The notes beneath the pieces are model-generated. The model was given only the letters and a program-made list of their open reading frames with translations, made no database searches and was not told where the DNA came from. From an uncultured Verrucomicrobiota bacterium (GTDB lineage: Bacteria > Verrucomicrobiota > Kiritimatiellia > PWTM01): DNA of 64,000 nucleotides. The position numbers and the translations under genes were made by a program. This document shows, piece after piece, positions 19,145 through 26,970 of the stretch (positions are counted from its first letter, which is position 1; each line of letters opens with the position of its first letter). The stretch is from the NCBI GenBank assembly GCA_964610105.1, contig CAZSUU010000005.1:97499-161498 (forward strand), written 5' to 3'.

Positions 19145-20553
19145 ACTCCTCGCCTCGCGGGGCGCAGCCCGAACCAGCCCCGCCGGCTCCGGCGGGCCGG
19201 CGGAGGGGTCGGGGGATTCGTTGGGGGGTGCGAGGGGCCTGCCTCGCCGCGGCGGTACTCCTGGCCCTGGGGGGGCCGCTGCCCGACATGGTGAAGCGGA
19301 TGTTTCCGTCGCTGAGTCCGCTCACCCTCTGCCTCGACTCGATCACCCAGCGGCGCTGGTACGCGGGCGTGTTCTGGGGTCTTCCCGCGCTCGCGGTGCT
19401 TGCGGCGGCCGTCGCGCGGGGTCGCTTTTTCTGCCGATGGATCTGCCCGGCCGGAACGGTGTATGCCGCAGCGGAACCGATCGCGCTGCGCAAGCCGATC
19501 TGGCGCCGGAAGATCAACGGTGTGCTGTTCTGGACGCTGGCGGCCGGGGCGCTGGCGGGGTTTCCGCTGTTCCTCGGTCTGGACCCCCTGTCCTCCTTCA
19601 ACCGGATGACGCCGCTGCTTCGAGGGTGGCACGGAGTGGCCGTCCTGATCCCCGGCCTGGTGGTGCCGTTGTTCCTCGTGCTCAGCGCCGTCCAGCCGCA
19701 TCTCTGGTGCACGCACTTCTGCCCGCTGGGGTATCTGTTCGACCTGGTGCGCCTCCGCCCGGCGGGCCAGGGCCGACCCGACCGGGTGCGGCGCGACCTG
19801 GTGATCGGCCTCGCCGTGGGCGTCCCGCTGGCCGTGGCCGGCCGGAGGCTTCGTCTCGTCCCCCCTCTCACGGGCGAGCCGGAGTGGCCGGTCCTGCCCC
19901 CGGGCGCCAGACCCGCGATGGAATTCGCCGCCCTGTGCACGCGGTGCTACGCCTGCGTCAACGCCTGTCCCACCGGCGTGATCGGCGTCGGCCCGTTGGC
20001 GGGGCGTCCGGTCGGCCAGTGGTTCCAGCCGGAGCTGAACACGTTGCGCGCCTGCTGCGAGGAATTCTGCACCGCGTGCACGCGGGTCTGTCCCGCGGGC
20101 GCGATCGTGCGGCTGACCGAGGACGAGAAGCGCCACCGCCGCATCGGAACGGCCGTGATCATCCGTGAGGCTTGTCTCGCCTGGGAGGACAAGGAACGCT
20201 GCACGGTCTGCGACGAGTACTGCCCGTACCACGCCATCGAGTTCGACGAGTCGGAGGAGGGCATCCCCCGCCCCATCGTCAACGAGGCCATCTGCCGGGG
20301 GTGTGGCGCCTGCAGCGCCAACTGCCCCGCCGTGCGCGCCGGGTGCGCCATTGTCATCCGCGGGGTGCCGGCCCAGGGCGTAGCGAAGGACTACGTCGAC
20401 GATCCGGCTTCGACGGCCCGCGCCTCCACGAAGAACTCGTCGTCCGCATCGGTGGCGCAGACCACCCGGAATCCGTGCTCCTCCAGCAACCTCGCCGTCC
20501 CCCGCGCGCAGGGCATCCGGTCGTGGCGGACGGGCTCCGAGAATCCCGCGTGA
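19141..20553 (+). CDS. Membrane polyferredoxin (NapH/MauN-like 4Fe-4S binding domains + NapF-like diclusters)
   Basis: 'GRFFCRWICPAG', 'WCTHFCPLG', 'CTRCYACVNACP', 'CTVCDEYCP', 'CRGCGACSANCP'; GTG overlaps DUF362 stop. Confidence 0.88.
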   Translation: MNSSPRGAQPEPAPPAPAGRRRGRGIRWGVRGACLAAAVLLALGGPLPDMVKRMFPSLSPLTLCLDSITQRRWYAGVFWGLPALAVLAAAVARGRFFCRWICPAGTVYAAAEPIALRKPIWRRKINGVLFWTLAAGALAGFPLFLGLDPLSSFNRMTPLLRGWHGVAVLIPGLVVPLFLVLSAVQPHLWCTHFCPLGYLFDLVRLRPAGQGRPDRVRRDLVIGLAVGVPLAVAGRRLRLVPPLTGEPEWPVLPPGARPAMEFAALCTRCYACVNACPTGVIGVGPLAGRPVGQWFQPELNTLRACCEEFCTACTRVCPAGAIVRLTEDEKRHRRIGTAVIIREACLAWEDKERCTVCDEYCPYHAIEFDESEEGIPRPIVNEAICRGCGACSANCPAVRAGCAIVIRGVPAQGVAKDYVDDPASTARASTKNSSSASVAQTTRNPCSSSNLAVPRAQGIRSWRTGSENPA

Positions 20554-21008
20554 AGGGCGTTCAGGCGGGCGCTGCCTTCCAGGTTGGCGATCACCAGCCG
20601 CCCCCCCGGCGCCAGGCCGGGACGAAGATGGCGAAGCACGGCCCCCTTGTCGTCGAAGTGGGGGAAGACGCGGAACAGGATCGCCAGGTCCCAGGCGGCG
20701 GGCTGCAGTTCCACCGTCTCCGCCGCGGCCTCGACCGTCTCGACGTTGCGCCGGCGGCCGAGGCGCCGGCGGCATTCCCGGACCATGCCGGGACTGGCGT
20801 CGAAGGCGAGCACGCGCCCGGCGGGGCCGACCCAGGCGGAGAGGTACTCCGTCAGCGGCCCGACGCCGCAGCCGGGCTCGAGGACCCGCATCCCGGCGAT
20901 GTCCCCGATCCGCTGGCGCAACCTCGCGACCTTGCGGCGGTCGTCGTCCGTGAACAGCAGCGGGTCGTCGCTGACCGCGACCCGGTCGAAGAACGCTCGT
21001 TTGCTCAT
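20391..21008 (-). CDS. Class I SAM-dependent methyltransferase
   Basis: 'VLEPGCGVG', 'FDASPGM', 'VFPHFDDK', 'LAPGGRL'; ATG overlaps permease stop. Confidence 0.85.
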   Translation of the reverse strand: MSKRAFFDRVAVSDDPLLFTDDDRRKVARLRQRIGDIAGMRVLEPGCGVGPLTEYLSAWVGPAGRVLAFDASPGMVRECRRRLGRRRNVETVEAAAETVELQPAAWDLAILFRVFPHFDDKGAVLRHLRPGLAPGGRLVIANLEGSARLNALHAGFSEPVRHDRMPCARGTARLLEEHGFRVVCATDADDEFFVEARAVEAGSST

Positions 21009-21826
21009 CCCCACCCCCCGCGGGTCACCGCCGCGCCCCGCGCGCCCAACGCGCGCAGGCCCAGGGCGGCGGCGTACACCAGCGAAGACACCAGCACGAT
21101 GCTCGCGCCGGCCGGCCAATCGAGCCCGAACGACAGGGCCAGCCCCCCCGCGGCGCAGAGCGCGCCCAGCCCCATGGCCCCCGCGACGGCGGCCCGGTAC
21201 GTCCGCGCGAATTGCAGGGCCGCCACCGCCGGATTGGTCAGCAGGCTGTACAGCATCAGTCCGCCGACGATGTTGAGGTTCACGGTGACCGTGAAACCGC
21301 ACAGCGCGATGATGGCGTAGTAGATCGCCGCGGCGTGAATCCCGCAGGCGCGCGCGATCTCGCGGTCGAACAGGACCGCCTTGGTCTCCTTGGCGAAGAC
21401 GACCAGCAGAATCAGCGGCAGCAGCCACGCCAGGACCAGCGGCGGCAGGTCCGCCCAGCGCACCAGCAGCAGGTTGCCCCACATCAGGCCGAGCAGCTCC
21501 GAGCGCTGATCCTGCATGAGGCCGATCCCGAGGAAGGCGAGCCCGAGGGTCAGGGAGAACAGGATGCTCATGACCGTATTGGCGTGCGTGCGCGTGCGGT
21601 CGGCGAGCGGCCCGACCAGGGCGGCGACGCCCAGCGAGAACGCGAGGGCGGTGCCCACGACGGGCGTGCCCAGGAAGTGCGCCAGCACCGCGCCGGCCAG
21701 CGCGGCGTGCGCCAGGCAGACGCCCATGAACGGCAGGTTCAGCGAGATCAGCAGGAAGCCGGCCAGGCCGCAGCCGGCGCCGCCGACCAGCGCCGTCAAC
21801 AGCCACTTCGCCTGGAGCGCCGTCAT
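21005..21826 (-). CDS. Metal ABC transporter permease (ZnuB/ABC-3 family)
   Basis: 'HAALAG', 'LMWGNLL', 'LFDREIARACG', 'VGGLMLYSLLTNPA'. Confidence 0.9.
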   Translation of the reverse strand: MTALQAKWLLTALVGGAGCGLAGFLLISLNLPFMGVCLAHAALAGAVLAHFLGTPVVGTALAFSLGVAALVGPLADRTRTHANTVMSILFSLTLGLAFLGIGLMQDQRSELLGLMWGNLLLVRWADLPPLVLAWLLPLILLVVFAKETKAVLFDREIARACGIHAAAIYYAIIALCGFTVTVNLNIVGGLMLYSLLTNPAVAALQFARTYRAAVAGAMGLGALCAAGGLALSFGLDWPAGASIVLVSSLVYAAALGLRALGARGAAVTRGGWG

Positions 21827-22617
21827 CGCAGGACCTCCGGCAGGACGACGTACCGTCCGTCCGTCTCGAGGATGCGCAGCGGCAGCCCGTAGAGATCCGA
21901 CAGCAGCGCGCCGTCCATGGCCTCCGCGAGCGTGCCCATGCGGACCAGGCGGCCGCCGCTGAGGATGGCCCCGTGCGTGATACCGGTCGGCAGATGCCGG
22001 GGATCGTGGGTGACCATGATCACCGTCAGACCCGAGCCCCGCCACATCCGGCCGACCAGCTGCGTGATCGCCTCCTGCCAGCGCAGATCGAGATGGCCGG
22101 CCGGCTCGTCCAGAAGGAGGAGATCCGGCTGCTGCGCCAGGGCGCGGGCGAGATGGACCTTGCGCTGCTCGCCTCCCGACAGCACGCCGAAGGAGCGGTC
22201 GGCAATCCGGTCCAGCTCCACCTGCCGCATCACGTGGTCGCAGATGCTCCGGTCGTCCGGAGTCAACGGCCGGCCCGGCCCCCTCACGCCGGCGCGGCCC
22301 GTCTCCACGACCTCCCGCACGGACAGCGGCATGACCGAGGCGGCCCGCGCATGCAGCTGCGGAACGTAGCCGATGCGCCTCCGCAGCCGGCCGCGCGCGA
22401 GCGGGGAGAGCCGGGACACGTCGGCGTCCAGCACCCGCAGGCTGCCCGAGAAGGGGACCAGCGCCGGGATCGTGTTCAGGAGCGTGGTCTTCCCGGCGCC
22501 GTTCGGTCCCAGCACGGCCAGGAAGGCGCCCCGGGGGAGGGAGAACGACACGTCGTCGAGGATGACGGTCCGCTGCTGTCGTACGGTCAGCCGGACCATG
22601 TCGACGGCCGCGGTCAC
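21823..22617 (-). CDS. Metal ABC transporter ATP-binding protein
   Basis: 'GPNGAGKTT', 'LSGGEQRK', 'LLLLDEP'. Confidence 0.92.
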   Translation of the reverse strand: MTAAVDMVRLTVRQQRTVILDDVSFSLPRGAFLAVLGPNGAGKTTLLNTIPALVPFSGSLRVLDADVSRLSPLARGRLRRRIGYVPQLHARAASVMPLSVREVVETGRAGVRGPGRPLTPDDRSICDHVMRQVELDRIADRSFGVLSGGEQRKVHLARALAQQPDLLLLDEPAGHLDLRWQEAITQLVGRMWRGSGLTVIMVTHDPRHLPTGITHGAILSGGRLVRMGTLAEAMDGALLSDLYGLPLRILETDGRYVVLPEVLR

Positions 22618-23429
22618 GGGAATCCCTTCTGAAGGGCGCTCAGATTGGCCTCCAGCAGCCGCCAGTAGGCCCCCGCCTCGCCGCCGTCGGGGAAGTTGCT
22701 CAGCATGATCCCCGGCAGCCGGGAGGCCTCGGCCAGCGCCTCCAGGTGGCGGGGCCCCCACTGCAGGTTGCCGATGACCGCCTCGGCGCCCGCCGTGCGG
22801 GCCATGTCCACGGCGCGGCTGAGCTGGAAGGCCGATTCGTCGGTCCCGGCCTGGAAACTCGCGACCGCGTCGAGGCCCAGCCACCGGCAGAAATCGCGCT
22901 GGTAGCGGGCGCAGAGCACCTTCCGGCCCCGGAGCCGCGCCGTCCGCGCGGCCAGCGCCTTCTCCGCCTCCGCCGCCCGGCTCCGCACGCCGGCCAGTCC
23001 GGTCTGAATCCCGGCGGCCTTCTCCGGCCACGCCCGCGCCAGGCGCTCCGCCAGCTCCGCGCACATGGCCGTGTAGTGGGCGGGAATGGTGAAGGCGGGA
23101 CGCGACGCGAGCGCCACGATGCGGTTCGTCGACAATCCGCTCTTCGCCACCCCCGCATCGAGGCTGCCCTGGAAATCGTGCCGGATGAAGAGCCCCGCGG
23201 AGGAGAGGCGCCTGACCTGGCCGGGATCGAGATCAAAATGCCCGGGGCAGGACCCGGGCGGCATCAGGCGCACCACCGGCGCACCGTCCCCCATGAGATC
23301 GCGCACGGCCGTCTCGATGAGCGTGGTGGTCACGACGATGCCCCCGCCCGGCGTCGCCTCCCCGGCGCACGCGGGGCGCGCCATGCCGGCCAGGACGAGC
23401 AACGACCCCGCTATCCATCCGCGGTTCAT
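22614..23429 (-). CDS. Metal ABC transporter substrate-binding protein (ZnuA/TroA fold)
   Basis: Signal peptide; 'IVVTTTLIETAVRDLMG', 'LMPPGSCPGHFDL', 'FIRHDFQ'. Confidence 0.8.
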   Translation of the reverse strand: MNRGWIAGSLLVLAGMARPACAGEATPGGGIVVTTTLIETAVRDLMGDGAPVVRLMPPGSCPGHFDLDPGQVRRLSSAGLFIRHDFQGSLDAGVAKSGLSTNRIVALASRPAFTIPAHYTAMCAELAERLARAWPEKAAGIQTGLAGVRSRAAEAEKALAARTARLRGRKVLCARYQRDFCRWLGLDAVASFQAGTDESAFQLSRAVDMARTAGAEAVIGNLQWGPRHLEALAEASRLPGIMLSNFPDGGEAGAYWRLLEANLSALQKGFP

Positions 23430-24058
23430 GGCGTCTGAAAGGCGTCCCTCCCCCGGGGCTTTATGCGGGCGATCACCCCGTGGTCGCCGGTCTCCCGGTA
23501 CCACGTGAAGGCCGGAATCGGCGCCCGCGCGTTCAGGGCCTTCTCCTGGCCCTGGCGGGGGCCCAGGCTCCACACCACCCAGTCCAGCGGAACCTCCGCG
23601 TCCTCCCGGTAGCGGCCGTCGTCGCTCTGGCAGGCCGGGAAATCGTCGGGGACGAACATGGCGAAGTTCTCCTCCTGCGGCGAGCCGTTGAGGAGGTACG
23701 GCCCGATGGTCGCGTACTTGTACGTGCGCCCGCGGTTGAAAGGGTCCTCCATCCCGCACGACATGCCGCCCCGTCCGCCGCCGGGCAGGTAGTCGCCCTC
23801 GGCCAGCTCGGGCGGGAGCTGGCACCAGTGGTCGCGCTCGCTGGTGTTGCACGAGACGCGCACGGGCGGATACCGCCGCTGGTCCTGGAAGTACATCTCC
23901 AGCGCCAGGCCGATCTGCCGCAGCTCGACGAGCGCCTTGGTCACGCGCGCCTTCTCGCGGGCGGGCGACAGGGCCGGCGCCAGCAGGGCGATCAGCAGCC
24001 CGATGATCCCGACGACCACCAGGAGTTCCACCAGCGTGAATCCGGCGCGCCGCGTCAT
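23426..24058 (-). CDS. Prepilin-type N-terminal cleavage/methylation domain protein
   Basis: Class III signal 'RRAG|FTLVELLVVVGIIGLLIALLAPAL', then 'AREKARVTKALVELRQIG'; Cys pair 'VSCNTSERDHWC'. Confidence 0.92.
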   Translation of the reverse strand: MTRRAGFTLVELLVVVGIIGLLIALLAPALSPAREKARVTKALVELRQIGLALEMYFQDQRRYPPVRVSCNTSERDHWCQLPPELAEGDYLPGGGRGGMSCGMEDPFNRGRTYKYATIGPYLLNGSPQEENFAMFVPDDFPACQSDDGRYREDAEVPLDWVVWSLGPRQGQEKALNARAPIPAFTWYRETGDHGVIARIKPRGRDAFQTP

Positions 24059-24060
24059 GG

Positions 24061-25194
24061 TCAATCCTGTTGCCTCAATCGGTAGAACCTGGCCGGACCG
24101 CCGGCGGCGGCCGGGTCCTCTTCCACCGCGATCCACCTCGCGGGCGGCGATTCCACGCGCTGCCAGCCCGACGTGGCGGTCAGGTTCGTCGTGAATTCCA
24201 GGGCGTAATTCGTGTAGGTCGCCGGCCAGTAGATCAGGGTCGTCCCGCCGCTCGACGCCACGCGCAGCGTCGGCCCGATCTCCTGCACGAACAGCTCGTA
24301 GCCGAACGTGCCGTCCGTCCCCGACCCGGACTCCTGGTTGAGGATGCCGACGGCCGAGAACCAGCCCGAGGGCGCGGGACCCAGGTCGGCCCGCGGCATG
24401 CGCAGGGGGAAGAACCGCCCCTCGCCATCGGTCGCCGTGCACAGGCGATCGGCCCATGCCGACGCGCCCCACCCGCCCGATCCGTAGTAGTTGGTCGCCA
24501 TGCGGATGGACTCCAGGCGCACCCGCATCCCCTGGTAGCGCTCGCCCCCGCTCAGGCGGTCCTGGTCGAAGATGTCCTCGCGCGTCCCGGGATCGTCGTC
24601 ATCGACGCGCACGAGGTCGGAGAGGTGCAATACCTCCGGCTCCGGGAGACCGTACCCCGCCTGCACCAGGGAGATCGCGAAGTCGTTGGCGTTGGTGATC
24701 CGGTGCGACTCGTTGACGTTGCGCTTGCCCCCGTAGAACAGCGACTTGCGCGCCGTCACCTCCACCAGGTCGCCCTTGCGGAAGCGGCGCAGGGTGTTCG
24801 GGTCGTAATGGACCCGCTGCATTTCGTTCGACCACTCCGCCTCCGGGTAGCTGTTGCCGGGCGGGACGAACGGGCCTATGCTGTTGTAGTTCTGTCCCAT
24901 CCACAGGGCCGTGCCTCCCCGATCGCCGCCCGCCGCCGCCTGGATGAAGATCTGCCACTCCGCGCCCATGCGGTTGCCGCCCTCCGCGCCCGGATCCCAC
25001 GCGGCGTCGAGCATCTCCTCGGGATCGTTCAGGATCACCCCCTGCAGGGCGAACGGATGCGTCCCCGCCCACGCGCTGACGCCGGCGGCGTCGACCGCCT
25101 GCAGGGCCGCGTGCGTCTCCGCCCACCCCCATTCCGCCCCGCCCGCCAGCAGTCCCAGCACCACCGCCGCCATCCGCGCGCCGTCGCACTTCAT
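24061..25194 (-). CDS. Secreted/surface protein with OB-fold-like segments and C-terminal FYR-type domain
   Basis: Signal peptide; 'RKGDLVEV', 'YQGMRVRL'; C-terminus 'TLIYWPAT..YALEFTTNL...W...ARFYRLRQQD'. Confidence 0.75.
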   Translation of the reverse strand: MKCDGARMAAVVLGLLAGGAEWGWAETHAALQAVDAAGVSAWAGTHPFALQGVILNDPEEMLDAAWDPGAEGGNRMGAEWQIFIQAAAGGDRGGTALWMGQNYNSIGPFVPPGNSYPEAEWSNEMQRVHYDPNTLRRFRKGDLVEVTARKSLFYGGKRNVNESHRITNANDFAISLVQAGYGLPEPEVLHLSDLVRVDDDDPGTREDIFDQDRLSGGERYQGMRVRLESIRMATNYYGSGGWGASAWADRLCTATDGEGRFFPLRMPRADLGPAPSGWFSAVGILNQESGSGTDGTFGYELFVQEIGPTLRVASSGGTTLIYWPATYTNYALEFTTNLTATSGWQRVESPPARWIAVEEDPAAAGGPARFYRLRQQD

Positions 25195-25228
25195 TCCTTC
25201 ACCCCTTCCGACGAACCGTTCCAGAACC

Positions 25229-25262
25229 GTAACAACTTACTTGAAATCGTAACACGAAGCAA
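25229..25262 (-). promoter_or_regulatory. sigma70-type promoter (TTGCTT-N17-TAAGTT) overlapped by candidate NikR operator (GTGTTAC-N13-TTGTTAC)
   Basis: Minus-strand -35 at 25257-25262, -10 at 25234-25239, 17-nt spacer, 40 nt upstream of ATG 25194; AT-rich island; repeat half-sites at 25229-25235 and 25249-25255. Confidence 0.6.
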
Positions 25263-25424
25263 CACGGAAATCGCGGCGCGCAACCGAAGGGCCACGAGCA
25301 CGCGGCGAGGGCGGCGCGTCCCCCGACGGCGTCCCGTGTTCCCCTGGAAATGCGGCCGGGCCGCTCGCCCATGGTCGACAGGCCGGCGGCGGGCAGGGCG
25401 AGGGCTCCGACCGGGCCGCGGCGC

Positions 25425-25838
25425 TCAGGGGAGATGGGCGCCGGTGGTGCCGGCGGCGAGGGAGACGTGCTTCAGTCCTTTGACGGCTTTCAGACGCCTG
25501 GCGATGGCATCGATCCGAATTGGCTCGCCGCGCACCGCGACGATCTCGAGACAGTTGTCGTGGTCCAGGTGGATGTGCTGGGTCGAGATGATGGACTCGT
25601 GGCAGTCGTGCTGGACGTCGGTGAGCTTGCGGACGATATCGCGCTTGTGGTGGTCATAGACGAGGACGATCGCCCCCGCCACCTCCGCCCCCTTCTGCCA
25701 TTCCGCCCGGACAAGGGCGCCGCGGATCAGGTCGCCCACCGCCTTGGATCGGGTCGGACAACGCTCGGCCTTGATCTTCCGGTCGAACCGGGCGACCAGT
25801 TCCCTGTCGAGCGACACACTGAACCTGACCAGCGACAT
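25425..25838 (-). CDS. nikR: Nickel-responsive regulator NikR
   Basis: RHH N-terminus 'VRFSVSLD', 'RSKAVGDLIR'; metal site 'VYDHH', 'STQHIHLDHDNCLE'. Confidence 0.95.
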   Translation of the reverse strand: MSLVRFSVSLDRELVARFDRKIKAERCPTRSKAVGDLIRGALVRAEWQKGAEVAGAIVLVYDHHKRDIVRKLTDVQHDCHESIISTQHIHLDHDNCLEIVAVRGEPIRIDAIARRLKAVKGLKHVSLAAGTTGAHLP

Positions 25839-26113
25839 ATCTTCACCATGGGTTGACCGGCGGCCACGCTATCACGCCCCCTCCCCCGCCGCAATGCCGT
25901 CCCGCCCGATCGCGATCTGCGCGCAGGGGGGGGCTAGACTCACGACGAGACCGCGTCGCCCTACCCTCCGTGGATTCGGCAAGCCGACCCGGTGAGGCGG
26001 CGAGGCTCGAAAGGCCGCGCCGGTCATGCACCCGGCCTCCGGGGGCCGGGGAGGCCTCTCGGCACACCTCCGCCGGCGCAGCGGCGGGGCGGGCCTCCGC
26101 CCCGCGCCCCGGC

Positions 26114-26148
26114 ACAGCCGCGGGCGGCGCAACACCGCCCGCGGCTGT
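26114..26148. terminator. 14-bp perfect hairpin downstream of the peroxiredoxin gene (no U-tract)
   Basis: ACAGCCGCGGGCGG-cgcaaca-CCGCCCGCGGCTGT, 10 nt past the stop at 26158. Confidence 0.5.
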
Positions 26149-26157
26149 CCCGCGCGT

Positions 26158-26841
26158 CTATTTGGACGGGCACTTCTTCAGGCACATGAACCAGTCGAGA
26201 CACTTCACGTCTTCGTCCGGCTTCTCCATGCGATCCTTCGCCGTGCCGCAGGAACCCGGAGGCGGCACGATCACGTCGTCGCCCGGCTGCCAGTTGGCGG
26301 GCGTCGCGATCTTGAACTGGTCCGAGTACTGCATGGCCACCAGCAGGCGCTTCACCTCGTCCATGTTCCGCCCGTTCGAGAGCGGGTAGTACAGGATCGC
26401 CCGGACGATGCCGTTGGGGTCGATGATGAACACCGCCCGGACGGCCTGGGTGTTGCTGGCGCCCGGCTGCAGCATGCCGAAGGCCTTCGACACCTCCATC
26501 GTCAGGTCGCTGATCACCGGGAACATGACCTCGACGTTCTTCATGTCCTTGTAGGCGATCTTCTCCTTGATCGTCCGCAGCCACGCGATGTGGCTGTAGG
26601 TGCTGTCGATCGAGAGGCCGAGCAGCTTGCAGTTCAGCTTCTCGAACTCCGGCGCCATCGTGGCGAAGGTCATGAACTCGGTGGTGCACACCGGCGTGAA
26701 GTCCGCCGGATGCGAGAAGAACACGACCCACTTCCCCTTGAAGTCGTCCGGAAAGTTGATCGGTCCCTGCGTCGTCTCCGCCTTGAAGGCCGGGGCCTTC
26801 TCCCCGATCAGGGGCAAGCGTACGGTTCCTTCTTCACACAT
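26158..26841 (-). CDS. Peroxiredoxin (Prx6/archaeal-type)
   Basis: 'FFSHPADFTPVCTTEF', 'GRNMDE', 'ATPANW', C-terminal 'CLDWFMC'. Confidence 0.93.
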   Translation of the reverse strand: MCEEGTVRLPLIGEKAPAFKAETTQGPINFPDDFKGKWVVFFSHPADFTPVCTTEFMTFATMAPEFEKLNCKLLGLSIDSTYSHIAWLRTIKEKIAYKDMKNVEVMFPVISDLTMEVSKAFGMLQPGASNTQAVRAVFIIDPNGIVRAILYYPLSNGRNMDEVKRLLVAMQYSDQFKIATPANWQPGDDVIVPPPGSCGTAKDRMEKPDEDVKCLDWFMCLKKCPSK

Positions 26842-26970
26842 GGTCTTTCCCTTTCCTGGTTGCGGTTCTCTTGTCTTCTCAGAGCGCCTCAATCTCCGTC
26901 AAAATCCGCGTCTTTCAAGTCCGTTTGTGGCAGCCTGCCATCACTTCTCCGCCGCGAGTTGCCTCGCATG

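Noticed and set aside
25195-25424. Cobalamin riboswitch ahead of the pilin/ABC operon
   Set aside because: No B12-box or conserved cobalamin riboswitch motifs seen; the promoter/NikR-operator reading fits better.
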